This document shows positions 51,603-61,534 of a stretch of DNA of 64,000 nt, piece by piece (the first letter of the stretch is position 1; every line of letters starts with the position of its first letter). The stretch comes from an uncultured delta proteobacterium. Its GTDB lineage: Bacteria > Desulfobacterota > Syntrophorhabdia > Syntrophorhabdales > WCHB1-27. The position numbers were made by a program, and so were the translations under genes. The stretch lies in assembly GCA_963810935.1 (NCBI GenBank), contig CAWEPK010000008.1, positions 672,001-736,000 on the forward strand. Direction: 5' to 3'. The notes under the pieces are model-generated. The model had not been told where the DNA came from. It saw only the letters and a list, made by a program, of their open reading frames with translations, and did no database searches.

Positions 51603-52509
51603 ATGAAAGGGAAGAATTGGATCGGAATACTCGCGGCATCCGCGTTTGTTTTTGTCTCATCGCTTTGCCCGGCTAACGAGCCTCAGAAGAAATCTGCGCC
51701 ACCGCCCAAGGCCGCCCCTCCGAGGCAGGCGCCCGCGCCCAGACCGCCGGCCGGCCCTCCTCAAGTCCGGCCCGCTCCCGGCCCAGCTCCGTTCCGGCCC
51801 GGCCCTATTCAGGCGCATCCCGGTCCCGGTCCTGCGCCCGGCCATCGGGCCCAGGCCTGCGCCCGGTCACGGCGGCCCTGGCCCCGCACATCCCGGCCCC
51901 GGCCCTATCCACGCAGGTCCTCCCCCGGTTCCGGGCCATCGCGGTCCGGCGGACCATGAAAGGATCGTAAGAGAGGTGCACAGCCCCCGCGTGTCGCGGG
52001 TGGACGTCGTAAGGGCGCGCGACCAGTACCGCAACGTCGAGCGGGAGCGCTTCGGAAGGCACATGGAGCCTTTCAGGTTCCGGCCTGAGCACCGCATGGT
52101 CTTAACCCATATGCGAATTGTCCCCGGCACATATTATTACAGGCGGGACGCCTTTTACAGGGTATACGGCTGGGCCCCGCTGCCATACGTGTACAGCATG
52201 TATCCACGATACGGAGTTTACGACTCGGTCTTCCTGGCGTTCATGCTTGACCATGCCGACGAGCAGCAATACGCACTCATGTACTACAACCACATGAACG
52301 ACCCGGACTTCGTACAGTGGCGTCAACAAATGGACCAACTGGCCGCGCAGAACGCGGACCTGAGCCAGAGGCTCGCAACCATGGACCAGCAGGTCGCGGC
52401 CTTGCAGGGGACACCGACCGACCCTTCGTACGTCCCGGAAGACGCGCAGGACATCGCGCTCTCGCCCGAGGTAATAGACGGGCTGACCCAGCCGCAGTCG
52501 CAGACGTAG
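51603..52509 (+). CDS. Exported Pro-rich protein with conserved Tyr-rich/coiled-coil C-terminal domain (apparent frameshift at about 51845)
   Basis: Signal peptide in ORF 51603; C-terminal domain in ORF 51646; paralog of 56897..57799. Confidence 0.75.
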
Positions 52510-52558
52510 AAGGCGCACGAGGCACAGGCAGACGGGTCATTCCCAAAACAGACATGCG

Positions 52559-52596
52559 AGAGGCCCGTGACGCCTTTAAAGGCGTCACGGGCCTCT
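52559..52596. terminator. Perfect 38-bp palindrome, probable terminator
   Basis: AGAGGCCCGTGACGCCTTT|AAAGGCGTCACGGGCCTCT. Confidence 0.6.
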
Positions 52597-52688
52597 AACG
52601 GACCTTTCGGCGCGGGCGGACGTTTCAGGTGAATCATCTTTCTAATGTGCTGTTATGATTAAGGATTACTTATAGAATGAGGTGCCGT

Positions 52689-52931
52689 ATGTGGGACATG
52701 AATAACGTAACAGAAATCGAATACAAAGGAGGCTTCGTATTTCGGGTTGTCTTTGACGACGGTAAAAACGGCGACCTGGATTTCTCCGAATATATCGGAA
52801 AAGGACCCGTTTTTGAACCTCTCCGGGATGTCTCGTTCTTCAAAACGGCGCGGATAGAAGGCGGCACCATCGCCTGGCCCAACGGCGCCGACATCGCCCC
52901 GGAAACGCTGTATGAAAGGCTAGAGCAATAG
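52689..52931 (+). CDS. DUF2442-family protein (toxin-antitoxin associated)
   Basis: FDDG...GPVFEPL...GTIAWPNGADIAPETLY. Confidence 0.8.
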   Translation: MWDMNNVTEIEYKGGFVFRVVFDDGKNGDLDFSEYIGKGPVFEPLRDVSFFKTARIEGGTIAWPNGADIAPETLYERLEQ

Positions 52932-52996
52932 AGAAACAACCGATGCAAGTCTTCTAAAGATGCGTATAATATGCTATCAATTGGAAGGAAAAGGGA

Positions 52997-53188
52997 ATGA
53001 GCCTTGAAGACAAGATAATAAAGGAAATACAGGATTTGCCGGAATCCAGGAAGGCGGAAGTTCTCGATTTCGTGGAGTACCTGAAGACGAAAGCCGGGGA
53101 CAAGGAATGGTCCATATTTTCTTTATCGTCTGCCATGCGGGGTATGGCGAATGAGGATTCGCCGTACTCGCTTGGTGATATTCAATAA
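52997..53188 (+). CDS. DUF2281-like small antitoxin-type protein
   Basis: LPESRKAEVLDFVEYL...AMRGM..E...YS. Confidence 0.7.
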   Translation: MSLEDKIIKEIQDLPESRKAEVLDFVEYLKTKAGDKEWSIFSLSSAMRGMANEDSPYSLGDIQ

Positions 53189-53258
53189 TCCTTCTGATGA
53201 TCGCATGGTCCGGAGCCACCGCCATTAAGGGCGACTCGCCCTGGTTTTGTATCCTGTT

Positions 53259-54191
53259 TCAGTACATGTCATAGTCGTTTTGTCCAACCCAGCTGTCGAC
53301 TTCATCGCTCCGGTCAACGTCCGGTTCGATCCCTGCAATCAGCAATTCGTCATAGTCCTCCAGTTTCAACCCGCACTCCTCGCACTCGAAAGACTCGCCC
53401 ACGAATTCGAGGCTCAGACTGGGCGACCCGTCTTCATCGTAATCACCACGCTCTTCCGTCTGTCCGATAAGCAGAGCGCCACAGCCGCACACCGGGCATT
53501 CGATAGGATAAACGTCCCAATCGCCGGAAGTGACTTGAGATTTCACCTCAATGCGCTTAGCCTTCTCGCGAGCTTTTTCTATAGCGGAGTGAACGCGCTC
53601 AAACCTTTCCTCGTCAAACTGCTTCAGGAACTTATCATTCTCTACGGCGTCAGCAAGAAAATAGTGCTGAAACCAATCTGCCCCATGTTCGCGGAAGTGC
53701 TTAAGGAGAGATAGATAGAGAAGAACGCTTCTTTGAGCCTAATATTCACGGAACTCAGGAAGGCCCGCATGCACCGAAAGGTTCCGATACCGAGAGAGAA
53801 AACGCAGGTGAGAGCCAAAACGCTTCTTGAAGTCAGGGAAGAACACTGAGAAGACGGCTATGGCTTCATCAAGCTCTATGCTTTTGAAGGCCGAAGAGCG
53901 TAGATCCATTCTATAAGGGGCCTTTTTGAACGTCTGGGGCAGCGAGTCGGGCGCGATCAGTGCGCATTTCAATTCAAGAGGAATATCCTTGAGCAGGAGC
54001 AATAGACTCAACTTTGCGATGTAGGCCTTGAGAAGCAACTCCGTAGCGACAGCCAAGTTTCCGATGGCCGCTTGGTTGTTTTTGTGGATTCCCTCCTTTC
54101 CTTTACCCCTGAAGAGGGCCAAACCGGCTCGACCGTAGGCACCCGACGCAGAGAACAGACTTCTCACCAATTCATCTTGAGCATCTTTCAT
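53259..54191 (-). pseudogene. HEPN-like plus Zn-ribbon protein with one in-frame TAG at 53739-53741
   Basis: ORFs 53739 and 53259 are in the same frame with an open stretch between them; ELLLKA and RNLSVH (RxxxxH); CPVC...CEEC. Confidence 0.65.
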
Positions 54192-54652
54192 AAATGCACT
54201 CCGGCTCTCAGCACGGGTCGGGGAACTTTTAACTGCTTTTCGCTATCGCCTCTAATGCCATCCTCAAAGCATCTAGGGACGGTCAATAGCTCCTAACGGA
54301 AGGCGACGAGTTGTCGTCGCCCCACGTACGGCTGCCCCTACTCATCCCGTCACCTTTGAATCTCATCTTTGAATATTACCACTTCTATCATAGCCGTGTG
54401 AAAAAGGGAAACGAAAATAATGATAACAGTGATAGTTAGAATCTAACTCAACTCTGCAAGAACACTGACCCACCCAGCGCATCGTGCGGTAAGCGGTTCT
54501 TGGGCTGCCAAAGGGGGCCTGGGGATTTTCGATGATAGACGCCGTGACCGAGGAGCCGCCGCCCGGAGCATACTCTTTGTGTATGTGAGGACGCGCGGCT
54601 TTGAGGGACAGGCGTATGGCGCGAAAAGACCCAGGCCCCGTCCCACACCCTC

Positions 54653-56338
54653 TTATTCTATTATCCCCCTGAAGTCCTCCTGCGCCCTCGCCTTCAGTAT
54701 ATGGTGCTGCTTCTTGCCCGATGTTGTGAACGGTAGCTCGGCGAAGGGGACGAATTTGTAGAAGCGGGGGCGTTGGTATCTTGCTACCATCGGGTGGGCC
54801 TTGCAGAACTTGTCCAGGTCTTTTTCCGTCGGCGCGGCGCCGTCCTTGAGTGCTACGTAGGCGACGACGACCTCCCCCCACTCGTGGCTGCGGACGCCGG
54901 TTACCATCGCGTCGAGCACGTCCGGGTGCTCCTTGAGCGCGCCCTCCACGATGGCCGGGTGGACGTTCTCTCCTCCGCTGATGATCATGTCGTCCGTCCT
55001 GCCCCGGATGGTGATGAAGCCTTCGCTGTCCCACGTCGCCATGTCTCCGGGCAACTGCCACCCTTCGAAGGGGAACGCCTTCCTCGTGTCCTCCGGCCTC
55101 CGTATGTACTGGTACGGGCAGTGCATCGTGCGCAGGGCCACCTCGCCCTCGGTTACGCCGTCCATGGGGCAGAGGTCGGCCGGGTCTTCCGGGTTGCCCC
55201 TGCGGTCGGCGAAGACCTTGACCACCTTCACCGTGTCCTCCGGTATGGAAAGGCCGATGGTCCCCGCCTTGGCGGGCAGGTCGTGGGGCCGCAGCATCGT
55301 CACCCAATGGCCGTCGGCTGTGCCGTAGCCGTTGAGCACGTTGGGCGTCAGGAGCGCCATCATCTTGAGGCAGGCATCCTTGTCCAGCGGCGCGCCCATA
55401 GAGGTGATGCACCCTCTGCGGAGCGTTGAGACGTTTCTCGGCGCCTTCTCCTGCAAAGCACACATGCGCTCGTAGACCGTGGGGGCGCTCACCATGTGGC
55501 TGACGCCGTACTTCTCGATCAGGTCGAGCGACTTATCTTCTGTGAAGTGCTTCATCACGACCACCCGGCCGCCTTCGTGCATGCAGGGCAGCACTCCCGT
55601 TGTGTTGCCGCCACGGTGGAACAGGGGGTTCGTGGCAAGCGTGACCGAAGCGTTGTCTATCTTGAGGAGGGACGCAGTCATCATGTTGTCGAAGAAGATG
55701 ATGGCGTGGTTGATGGGGAAGCCCTTGGGCAGCCCGGTCGTCCCCGACGTATAGAGTATGAGGCAGGGGTCCGTCCAGCGGACGGCGGCGGCGGTAGCCG
55801 GAAGGGTGGAGGACCGGCCGTCTATAAAATCCTCATAGGAGATGTGGCCGCGCGGCAAAGGGGCGGCCTTCCCGCCGGAGCTTGAGCCCCCACCGACCCT
55901 GATGGCGAGCTTCGGCGGTATCTCCGCCCGCCCGAGCGCCCCGACACTGTATTCCTCCACTTCGGAATCATAAAGGAAGACCGCAGGGGGACAATCCGCC
56001 ATGAGGCTCGCAATCTGCCCTTCGGGCAGGCGGAAGTTGACGGTGGAAAAAACGCAACGGGCCTTCATGGCGCCGTAAAACACGGTGAACCAATGGAAGG
56101 TGTTCATCATGTTGCCCATGACCACGTCATTCAGCCCAACGCCTGCCGCAAGAAGGGCATTGGCGAACCGGCTCGATTCTTCGTCGAGCTGCCTGAAAGT
56201 CAGGGTCTTTTCGTAAAACGGGTCAACGACTACCGTCTTATCCGCGTACCTGAGCACGTTCCTGTACAACTGCCTCGTTAGGGTATATTCCTTTTCCCAC
56301 GCGGCCATCCATTGCGAGTAGTCGGCAGTCAGCTTCAT
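54653..56338 (-). CDS. Acyl-CoA synthetase (AMP-forming)
   Basis: YTSGTTGLPKG, GYG, GD, GRTDDMIISGGEN, SGK. Confidence 0.9.
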   Translation of the reverse strand: MKLTADYSQWMAAWEKEYTLTRQLYRNVLRYADKTVVVDPFYEKTLTFRQLDEESSRFANALLAAGVGLNDVVMGNMMNTFHWFTVFYGAMKARCVFSTVNFRLPEGQIASLMADCPPAVFLYDSEVEEYSVGALGRAEIPPKLAIRVGGGSSSGGKAAPLPRGHISYEDFIDGRSSTLPATAAAVRWTDPCLILYTSGTTGLPKGFPINHAIIFFDNMMTASLLKIDNASVTLATNPLFHRGGNTTGVLPCMHEGGRVVVMKHFTEDKSLDLIEKYGVSHMVSAPTVYERMCALQEKAPRNVSTLRRGCITSMGAPLDKDACLKMMALLTPNVLNGYGTADGHWVTMLRPHDLPAKAGTIGLSIPEDTVKVVKVFADRRGNPEDPADLCPMDGVTEGEVALRTMHCPYQYIRRPEDTRKAFPFEGWQLPGDMATWDSEGFITIRGRTDDMIISGGENVHPAIVEGALKEHPDVLDAMVTGVRSHEWGEVVVAYVALKDGAAPTEKDLDKFCKAHPMVARYQRPRFYKFVPFAELPFTTSGKKQHHILKARAQEDFRGIIE

Positions 56339-56896
56339 CGAGAATCTTCCTCCCTGTCCGTCCCCGTCCGTCCATGGTCTGCGTTTTACGATTTTATAAT
56401 GCCGGTGCGCGCTGCTCCCGCCGGGAGCGCCTCTCGTCGCGTTGCTCTCTTATTCCCATTGCCGGAGTATGGTGACAAATGAAGGAGCGATGCCTTCCCG
56501 TCCGCCCCCCGGTCGATGAGAAGTATTGTTATGACTACCATTCCTTACGGGCTTAGATCAAGCAAATTATGACAAATTCGCTCTTTATCAGGCGTGGGTC
56601 TCCGGGTACGTGAGCGCGCCGCGCCAATTTGCAAGTCGCGAAAAGATTACAAAGATTGCGAGAATTAATTGTTGACAATGTTTTTTCAACGGCGGTAGAT
56701 TTGTGTCAGTTCGTACACCCTGTCACGTTTTACACTTTTTAGTTTTTACGAATTCGGCACGGTATGGAAGAGGCAGCCAGGCGGAAACTCTTTTGCCCTG
56801 TGCTATGACCGGCCGCGAGCAACCGCGCTTTTCGCACGCGCACCCTCCAGCCAGTATCGTGTCCTGCGCCTTCCGGCCGGAAAAAGGAGAAACAGC

Positions 56897-57799
56897 ATGA
56901 ATGTGAAAACGTGGATCGCAACGCCGCTGCTTGCTTCGTTCGCTTTCTTTGCCGTAGCGGGGTCCGCTTATGCGGAGCTGAAGAAATACACGCCGAAGCC
57001 CGCGCCTGCAAGGCCCGCACCGGTGAGGCCGGGGCCTGCGCCCAGGCCGCCCGGACCGCCGGCCAACGTGCCGAGGCCGGGTCCGGGTCCGCAAGTTAAC
57101 TTCCCGAGGCCGGGGCCCGGCCCCGCCCCAGGCCCGCACATGTCGAACTTGCCGCCCCGCATGGGGCCCACCCAGCCCGGCATAAGACCCGGTCCCGGCT
57201 TCCACCCGGCTACCCCTCCTCCTCCCGTGATCCACGCGAACGTCACCCCCAGGGAAGAGCTGCAGCGCAAAATGAGCATGCAGGCGACGAGGCAGGAGAA
57301 CCTGAGTGCGATCCGCCGTTTTAACGATCAGCGCAGCATGTTCAGGCCAATGCCCGGCCCGATCCACTTCTCGCCTGCCTACCGGCCCCTGTTCACGAAG
57401 GTAAGGATCGTCCCCGCCACGTACCATTACAGGCGGGAAGTTTTCTATGCGCACTACAATTACATGCCGCCCCCCTACGTTTACAGGATGTACCCTGTTT
57501 ACGGGGTGTGGGACTCGACGTTCCTTTCCTTCATGCTTGACCACATCAACGAGCAGCAGTACGCGCTGATGTACTACAACCACCAGAACGAGGACGCCAT
57601 GCAGCAGTGGCGCGCCGAGCTCGACCAGATGGCCGTTGACAACGAGGACCTCAAGGCCCAGCTTGCGGCGATGGATACCAAAATGGCGAGCCTGCAGGGC
57701 ACGCCTATCGATCCGAGTTATGTGCCGGAGGATGCGCAGGATATAGCGCTGGCGCCGGAAGTGATAGATCAGGCGATAGGGCAACAGACGCAGAGCTAG
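56897..57799 (+). CDS. Exported Pro-rich protein, paralog of 51603..52509
   Basis: Signal peptide (SAYA-E), PGP repeats, shared FMLDH...QYALMYYNH...DPSYVPEDAQDIAL. Confidence 0.8.
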   Translation: MNVKTWIATPLLASFAFFAVAGSAYAELKKYTPKPAPARPAPVRPGPAPRPPGPPANVPRPGPGPQVNFPRPGPGPAPGPHMSNLPPRMGPTQPGIRPGPGFHPATPPPPVIHANVTPREELQRKMSMQATRQENLSAIRRFNDQRSMFRPMPGPIHFSPAYRPLFTKVRIVPATYHYRREVFYAHYNYMPPPYVYRMYPVYGVWDSTFLSFMLDHINEQQYALMYYNHQNEDAMQQWRAELDQMAVDNEDLKAQLAAMDTKMASLQGTPIDPSYVPEDAQDIALAPEVIDQAIGQQTQS

Positions 57800-57877
57800 G
57801 GTGGCTGCGTGCGTAACCCGGCGCGGTGGGTGTTTTTGTCCTGACCGGGCTCGCCGCGTCGCCTCCGACGTACAGTT

Positions 57878-59158
57878 TTAGGGGAAGATACCCCGGAGTT
57901 TCCCCGCCCCGGCCACGCGGCCCACGCCCAGGATCAGGGCTGCCGTGCGCAGGTCCACGTTCTCCTTTTCAGAGACGGCGATCACCTCATGGAAGGCCCT
58001 GGAGAGGATTTTGTTCAGGCGGTCGGTTACTTCGCCTTCCGTCCAGAGCAGCTCCTGGAGGTTCTGCACCCATTCGAAGTACGAGACGACGACACCGCCC
58101 GCGTTCGCAAGGATGTCGGGCACGAGCCGGATGCCACGGTCCGCCAGTATGGCATCCGCCTCCGGGGTCGTCGGCCCGTTGGCGCCCTCGACTACCATCC
58201 GGCAGCGCAGCTTCGGGGCATTCACCGCGGTTATCTGGTTTTCGATGGCGGCCGGCACCAGTATGTCACAGTCGAGCTCCAGCAGTTCCGCGTTCGTTAT
58301 CTCCTCCGCATCGACACCGTGCTCCTTCCCGCTGCCGCTTGCGCCGTCCGTCTTGGCCGCGAGGGCCTTTTTCACGTCGAGCCCGGAAGGGTTGTAAAGG
58401 CCGCCCAAAACATCCGAGATGCCTATTATGCGCGCCCCTGCTGCGGCAAACTGGCGCGCGGCGGCGGCGCCGACGTTGCCTGCGCCCTGTATTACCACGC
58501 GGGCGCCGGATATCGGAAAGCCCAGGTGCTTTGCCGCCTTGGCCGCAATGGTGAAGACCCCCCGGCCGGTTGCCTCCAGGCGGCCGAGCGACCCGCCCAG
58601 TTCGAGCGGCTTGCCCGTGACTACGCCCGGCACGGCATAGCCCTTGCGTATGCTGTACGTATCCATGATCCAGGCCATCACCTGCGGGTTCGTGGCTACG
58701 TCGGGCGCCGGTATGTCCATCTCCGGTCCGATGAAGGGTGATATCTCCCACGTGAAGCGGCGCGTGACGTTCTCGATCTCGCACTGCGACATGGAGGCGG
58801 GCTCGCACTTCACCCCGCCTTTCGCGCCACCGAAGGGTATGCTGACGACTGCGGCCTTCCACGTCATCCACATGGCGAGGGCTCGCATCTCGTCGAGGTC
58901 CACACTTGGGTGGTAGCGCAGGCCGCCTTTGAACGGCCCCCGTGAGTCGTCGTGCTGGACGCGGTAACCGGAGAAGATCCGCACGGAGCCGTCGTCCATC
59001 TTCGCGGGGAAATGGACGATGATCTCCCTTTTCGTGTACTTCAGCTTTTCGATAACGTCCCTGTCCGCCTCACGTATGTGGGCGGCCGCCTTCTCGACCT
59101 GGCTCACGGCCATCTCCGCCAGGTTGACCTTACCGCCTGCGCCTTGTATCTCTGCCAT
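57878..59158 (-). CDS. gdhA: Glu/Leu/Phe/Val dehydrogenase (glutamate dehydrogenase)
   Basis: GPFKGGLRY, GGAKGG, DIPAPD, EATGRG, EGANGPTT, NAGGV. Confidence 0.92.
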   Translation of the reverse strand: MAEIQGAGGKVNLAEMAVSQVEKAAAHIREADRDVIEKLKYTKREIIVHFPAKMDDGSVRIFSGYRVQHDDSRGPFKGGLRYHPSVDLDEMRALAMWMTWKAAVVSIPFGGAKGGVKCEPASMSQCEIENVTRRFTWEISPFIGPEMDIPAPDVATNPQVMAWIMDTYSIRKGYAVPGVVTGKPLELGGSLGRLEATGRGVFTIAAKAAKHLGFPISGARVVIQGAGNVGAAAARQFAAAGARIIGISDVLGGLYNPSGLDVKKALAAKTDGASGSGKEHGVDAEEITNAELLELDCDILVPAAIENQITAVNAPKLRCRMVVEGANGPTTPEADAILADRGIRLVPDILANAGGVVVSYFEWVQNLQELLWTEGEVTDRLNKILSRAFHEVIAVSEKENVDLRTAALILGVGRVAGAGKLRGIFP

Positions 59159-59394
59159 TTTTCGGACCTCCGACGGCGCCCGTCAACTACTCCGTGCGAT
59201 CCCCGTGTTTATTGTCGATTGTATACGGCCGGGCAAATAATGTCAATCAGTTAGACAGGGCCGCGCCTTGCGGGGACGGGCCGGCGCCGCCCCAAAACCC
59301 GGTTGACGGCGAGCGACGATTCGTTGTATGTTTGAGTAAGGCGGACCGGACCTTAAAACGGCCCGGGGAGATCGGGATCCGAAAGGAGGCTTTT

Positions 59395-59871
59395 ATGGAA
59401 GTTTCTCTACTGAAAGGAAAGGTAATCCTCGCGGTCGATGACGAGCCCGACGTGCTCCAGGTGCTCAGGGACGAGATCATGGCGGCGTGCTCGGATTGCA
59501 CCATGGAGCAGGCTACTACTTACGACGACGCGGCCAAGCTGCTACGCTCCAACAAGTACGACTTGGTGGTGCTGGACATCATGGGCGTCCGTGGCTTCGA
59601 CCTGCTCGAGATCGCCGTCAACCGCAACTGCAAGGTCGCGATGCTTACAGCCCATGCCCTGAGTCCGGAGGCTCTCAAGAAGTCGCACGACCTCGGAGCG
59701 AGGGCGTATTTGCCGAAGGATAAGCTCGGCGAGATAGTCCCCTTCCTCGAAGATATGCTGAAGCACGAGTACAAGACCGGCTGGAGGCGGCTCCTCAACA
59801 AGCTGGAAAACTATTTCGACGAGCGCTTCGAGCCCGGCTGGAAAGGCCAGGCAGGCATCAACTACTGGTAA
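59395..59871 (+). CDS. Single-domain response regulator
   Basis: VDDE, LDIMG, LTA, PK; RBS AGGAGG. Confidence 0.88.
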   Translation: MEVSLLKGKVILAVDDEPDVLQVLRDEIMAACSDCTMEQATTYDDAAKLLRSNKYDLVVLDIMGVRGFDLLEIAVNRNCKVAMLTAHALSPEALKKSHDLGARAYLPKDKLGEIVPFLEDMLKHEYKTGWRRLLNKLENYFDERFEPGWKGQAGINYW

Positions 59872-59894
59872 GGGGTTCAGTACCCCTTCCGGCA

Positions 59895-60535
59895 ATCATC
59901 TACCCCCGGCAAAGCCGGGGGTTTGTTAAAACCGTGAACCGCTCAAAGCGGTTAGTTGTGCGTTAGCTGCCTAAAGGCAGCTATTTGTCCTTCTCGAACA
60001 GTTTCATCTGGTCGAGCCTTCGATCTGTCTCTTCCTGGGCTTGGATGTACGCTCGTATGGCTTGCTCGTCCAACCCTATGGTCGATACGCAATAACCTCT
60101 GGCCCAAAAGCTCTGACCTACGAAGTTGCGTCTCCTGCCGCTCATCCGGGCTATGTAGATCGCGCTCTTCCCTTTGATAAAGCCTACCACCTGGGCAACG
60201 GCATACTTTGGGGGAACCGAGAGCAACACGTGGACGTGGTCCACTACCAGTTTCCCCTCCAACACCTCGCTCTCCTTCTGCCGCGCCAGCTCCTTGATGA
60301 TGGGCCCTATCTCCTTCCTGAGATTCCCGTATAGTACCTTTTTCCGGTACTTCGGAATCCACACCACATGATACTTGCAATCCCATACCGTATGACATAA
60401 GCTCTGAATATCTTCCACCGAAAGCCTCCTTAACTCTGCCGACCGCCTAAACGGTTCACGGATACAGGAGGCTTTCCTATATATTCCCGGAATTGTCAAA
60501 CTCCGGGATTCCCCCGGCAGAGCCGGGGGTTTACC
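59895..60535 (-). mobile_element. IS200-type insertion sequence (tnpA only); ends approximate
   Basis: Subterminal hairpins CCCCCGGCAAAGCCGGGGG (59903-59921) and CCCCCGGCAGAGCCGGGGG (60511-60529). Confidence 0.85.
59981..60418 (-). CDS. tnpA: IS200/IS605 transposase
   Basis: YHVVWIPKYR, DHVH, KGKS, FWARGY, YIQAQ; GTG start with AAGGAGG. Confidence 0.93.
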   Translation of the reverse strand: MEDIQSLCHTVWDCKYHVVWIPKYRKKVLYGNLRKEIGPIIKELARQKESEVLEGKLVVDHVHVLLSVPPKYAVAQVVGFIKGKSAIYIARMSGRRRNFVGQSFWARGYCVSTIGLDEQAIRAYIQAQEETDRRLDQMKLFEKDK

Positions 60536-60544
60536 AGAATGAAA

Positions 60545-60631
60545 TTATCGGGGCTCAGCGCCCCCTCCACGAGCAAAGCCCGTGGAGCCTCCCGGTTCGG
60601 CCTTCGCATACGCTCGCTTTATGACCCTGCT
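60545..60631 (+). repeat. Dispersed repeat copy F, adjacent to the IS200 end
   Basis: TTATCGGGGCTCAGCGCCCCCTCCACGAGCAAAGCCCGTGGAGCCTCCC...CGCATACGCTCGCTTT. Confidence 0.8.
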
Positions 60632-60752
60632 GCTTGCAGCAGGGTCATTTATTCCCCAGTGCGTCACATTTTCGTAAGCTTCTTGCAGGTCGGGCTGAAA
60701 GCCGCCACTGTGGCAGACTTTCCGCACGACCTGCCTTTTTCTTTCCTATCAT

Positions 60753-61262
60753 TTAGCCGGTTACTTGCAGGTCCACCCTCCTGTTGGCCGAGTAACATTT
60801 ATCCGTGGGCTCGCTGCAAACGGGCCTCTCTTTGCCGTAGCTCTTGGTATCGATGCGGTCCGCCTTGACACCCTGCTGCACGAGATATGCCTTCACGGCA
60901 TCTGCACGTTTCTGGGCCAGGGTGCGGTTATACGCCTCGTCTGCGCGTTGGTCGGCATTGCCGGAGACCTCCACCTTGGCGTTGGGGTTCTGCTTGAGCC
61001 ATGCCGCCTGGTTCTTCAGGGCCGATGCAGCCTCCGGCGTTAAGCCGGATTTGTCAAAGCCGAAATAGACGGACCGCGCCGGAGGTGCCTGAACGGGCGC
61101 CGCCGCCGCCGTTTGTGCCGGTGCGACGTGTGGTTTCGGATAAACCAACTCAGCCTCAGATGCCGGCGGAAGGGGAGTCCCTGCCGATCTCTGGTGCGAG
61201 CACCCAAACATACAGACAATCAAAAGACAGAAAAACAACGCGAGCACGGCTTTGGCAGTCAT
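60753..61262 (-). CDS. OmpA/Pal-like lipoprotein
   Basis: Lipobox MFGC, VYFGFDKS, YN..L...RA, SYGKERP, NRRV. Confidence 0.88.
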   Translation of the reverse strand: MTAKAVLALFFCLLIVCMFGCSHQRSAGTPLPPASEAELVYPKPHVAPAQTAAAAPVQAPPARSVYFGFDKSGLTPEAASALKNQAAWLKQNPNAKVEVSGNADQRADEAYNRTLAQKRADAVKAYLVQQGVKADRIDTKSYGKERPVCSEPTDKCYSANRRVDLQVTG

Positions 61263-61534
61263 GGTGCCTCCTCACAGAAACGTTAGTAGCTGAAGACAGG
61301 GGCGATCAGGAATTCGAAAAGAGTGCCACAAGCCCATACCGGACTACGGCGAACACAGAATCAGACTCGCCTTCAGCCCCATTTTATTCTGTGTTCGCTT
61401 CTGCCGGTTGTCAACGCGGCTGCTTCACGCAGGGCAGTTGCGCAGGCAGACTGAAGCGGGCGCGCAAACAACCGGGATTTGCCCTGACCGATACGATATA
61501 TTAGAATGTGCGACAAGGAGTCAACAGAGCCATA

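Noticed and set aside
53739..53741. Pyrrolysine recoding of the TAG
   Set aside because: No pyl genes or methylamine methyltransferase context in the window; mutation or miscall is more likely
54285..54330. Integron attC site (CCTAAC/GTTAGG)
   Set aside because: No matching L boxes, no second core site and no integrase seen
56755..56830. Possible c-di-GMP-II riboswitch (GGAA...GCAACCG) upstream of the second Pro-rich gene
   Set aside because: The pseudoknot GCAC/GTGC pairing and kink-turn cannot be identified by eye
51700..57240. CRISPR-like or tandem DNA repeats in the CCCGG-rich tracts
   Set aside because: Explained by Pro/Gly codons within genes; no constant repeat-spacer periodicity
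59895..60535. TnpB/IscB RNA-guided nuclease associated with the IS200
   Set aside because: There is no room between the two hairpins for anything but tnpA
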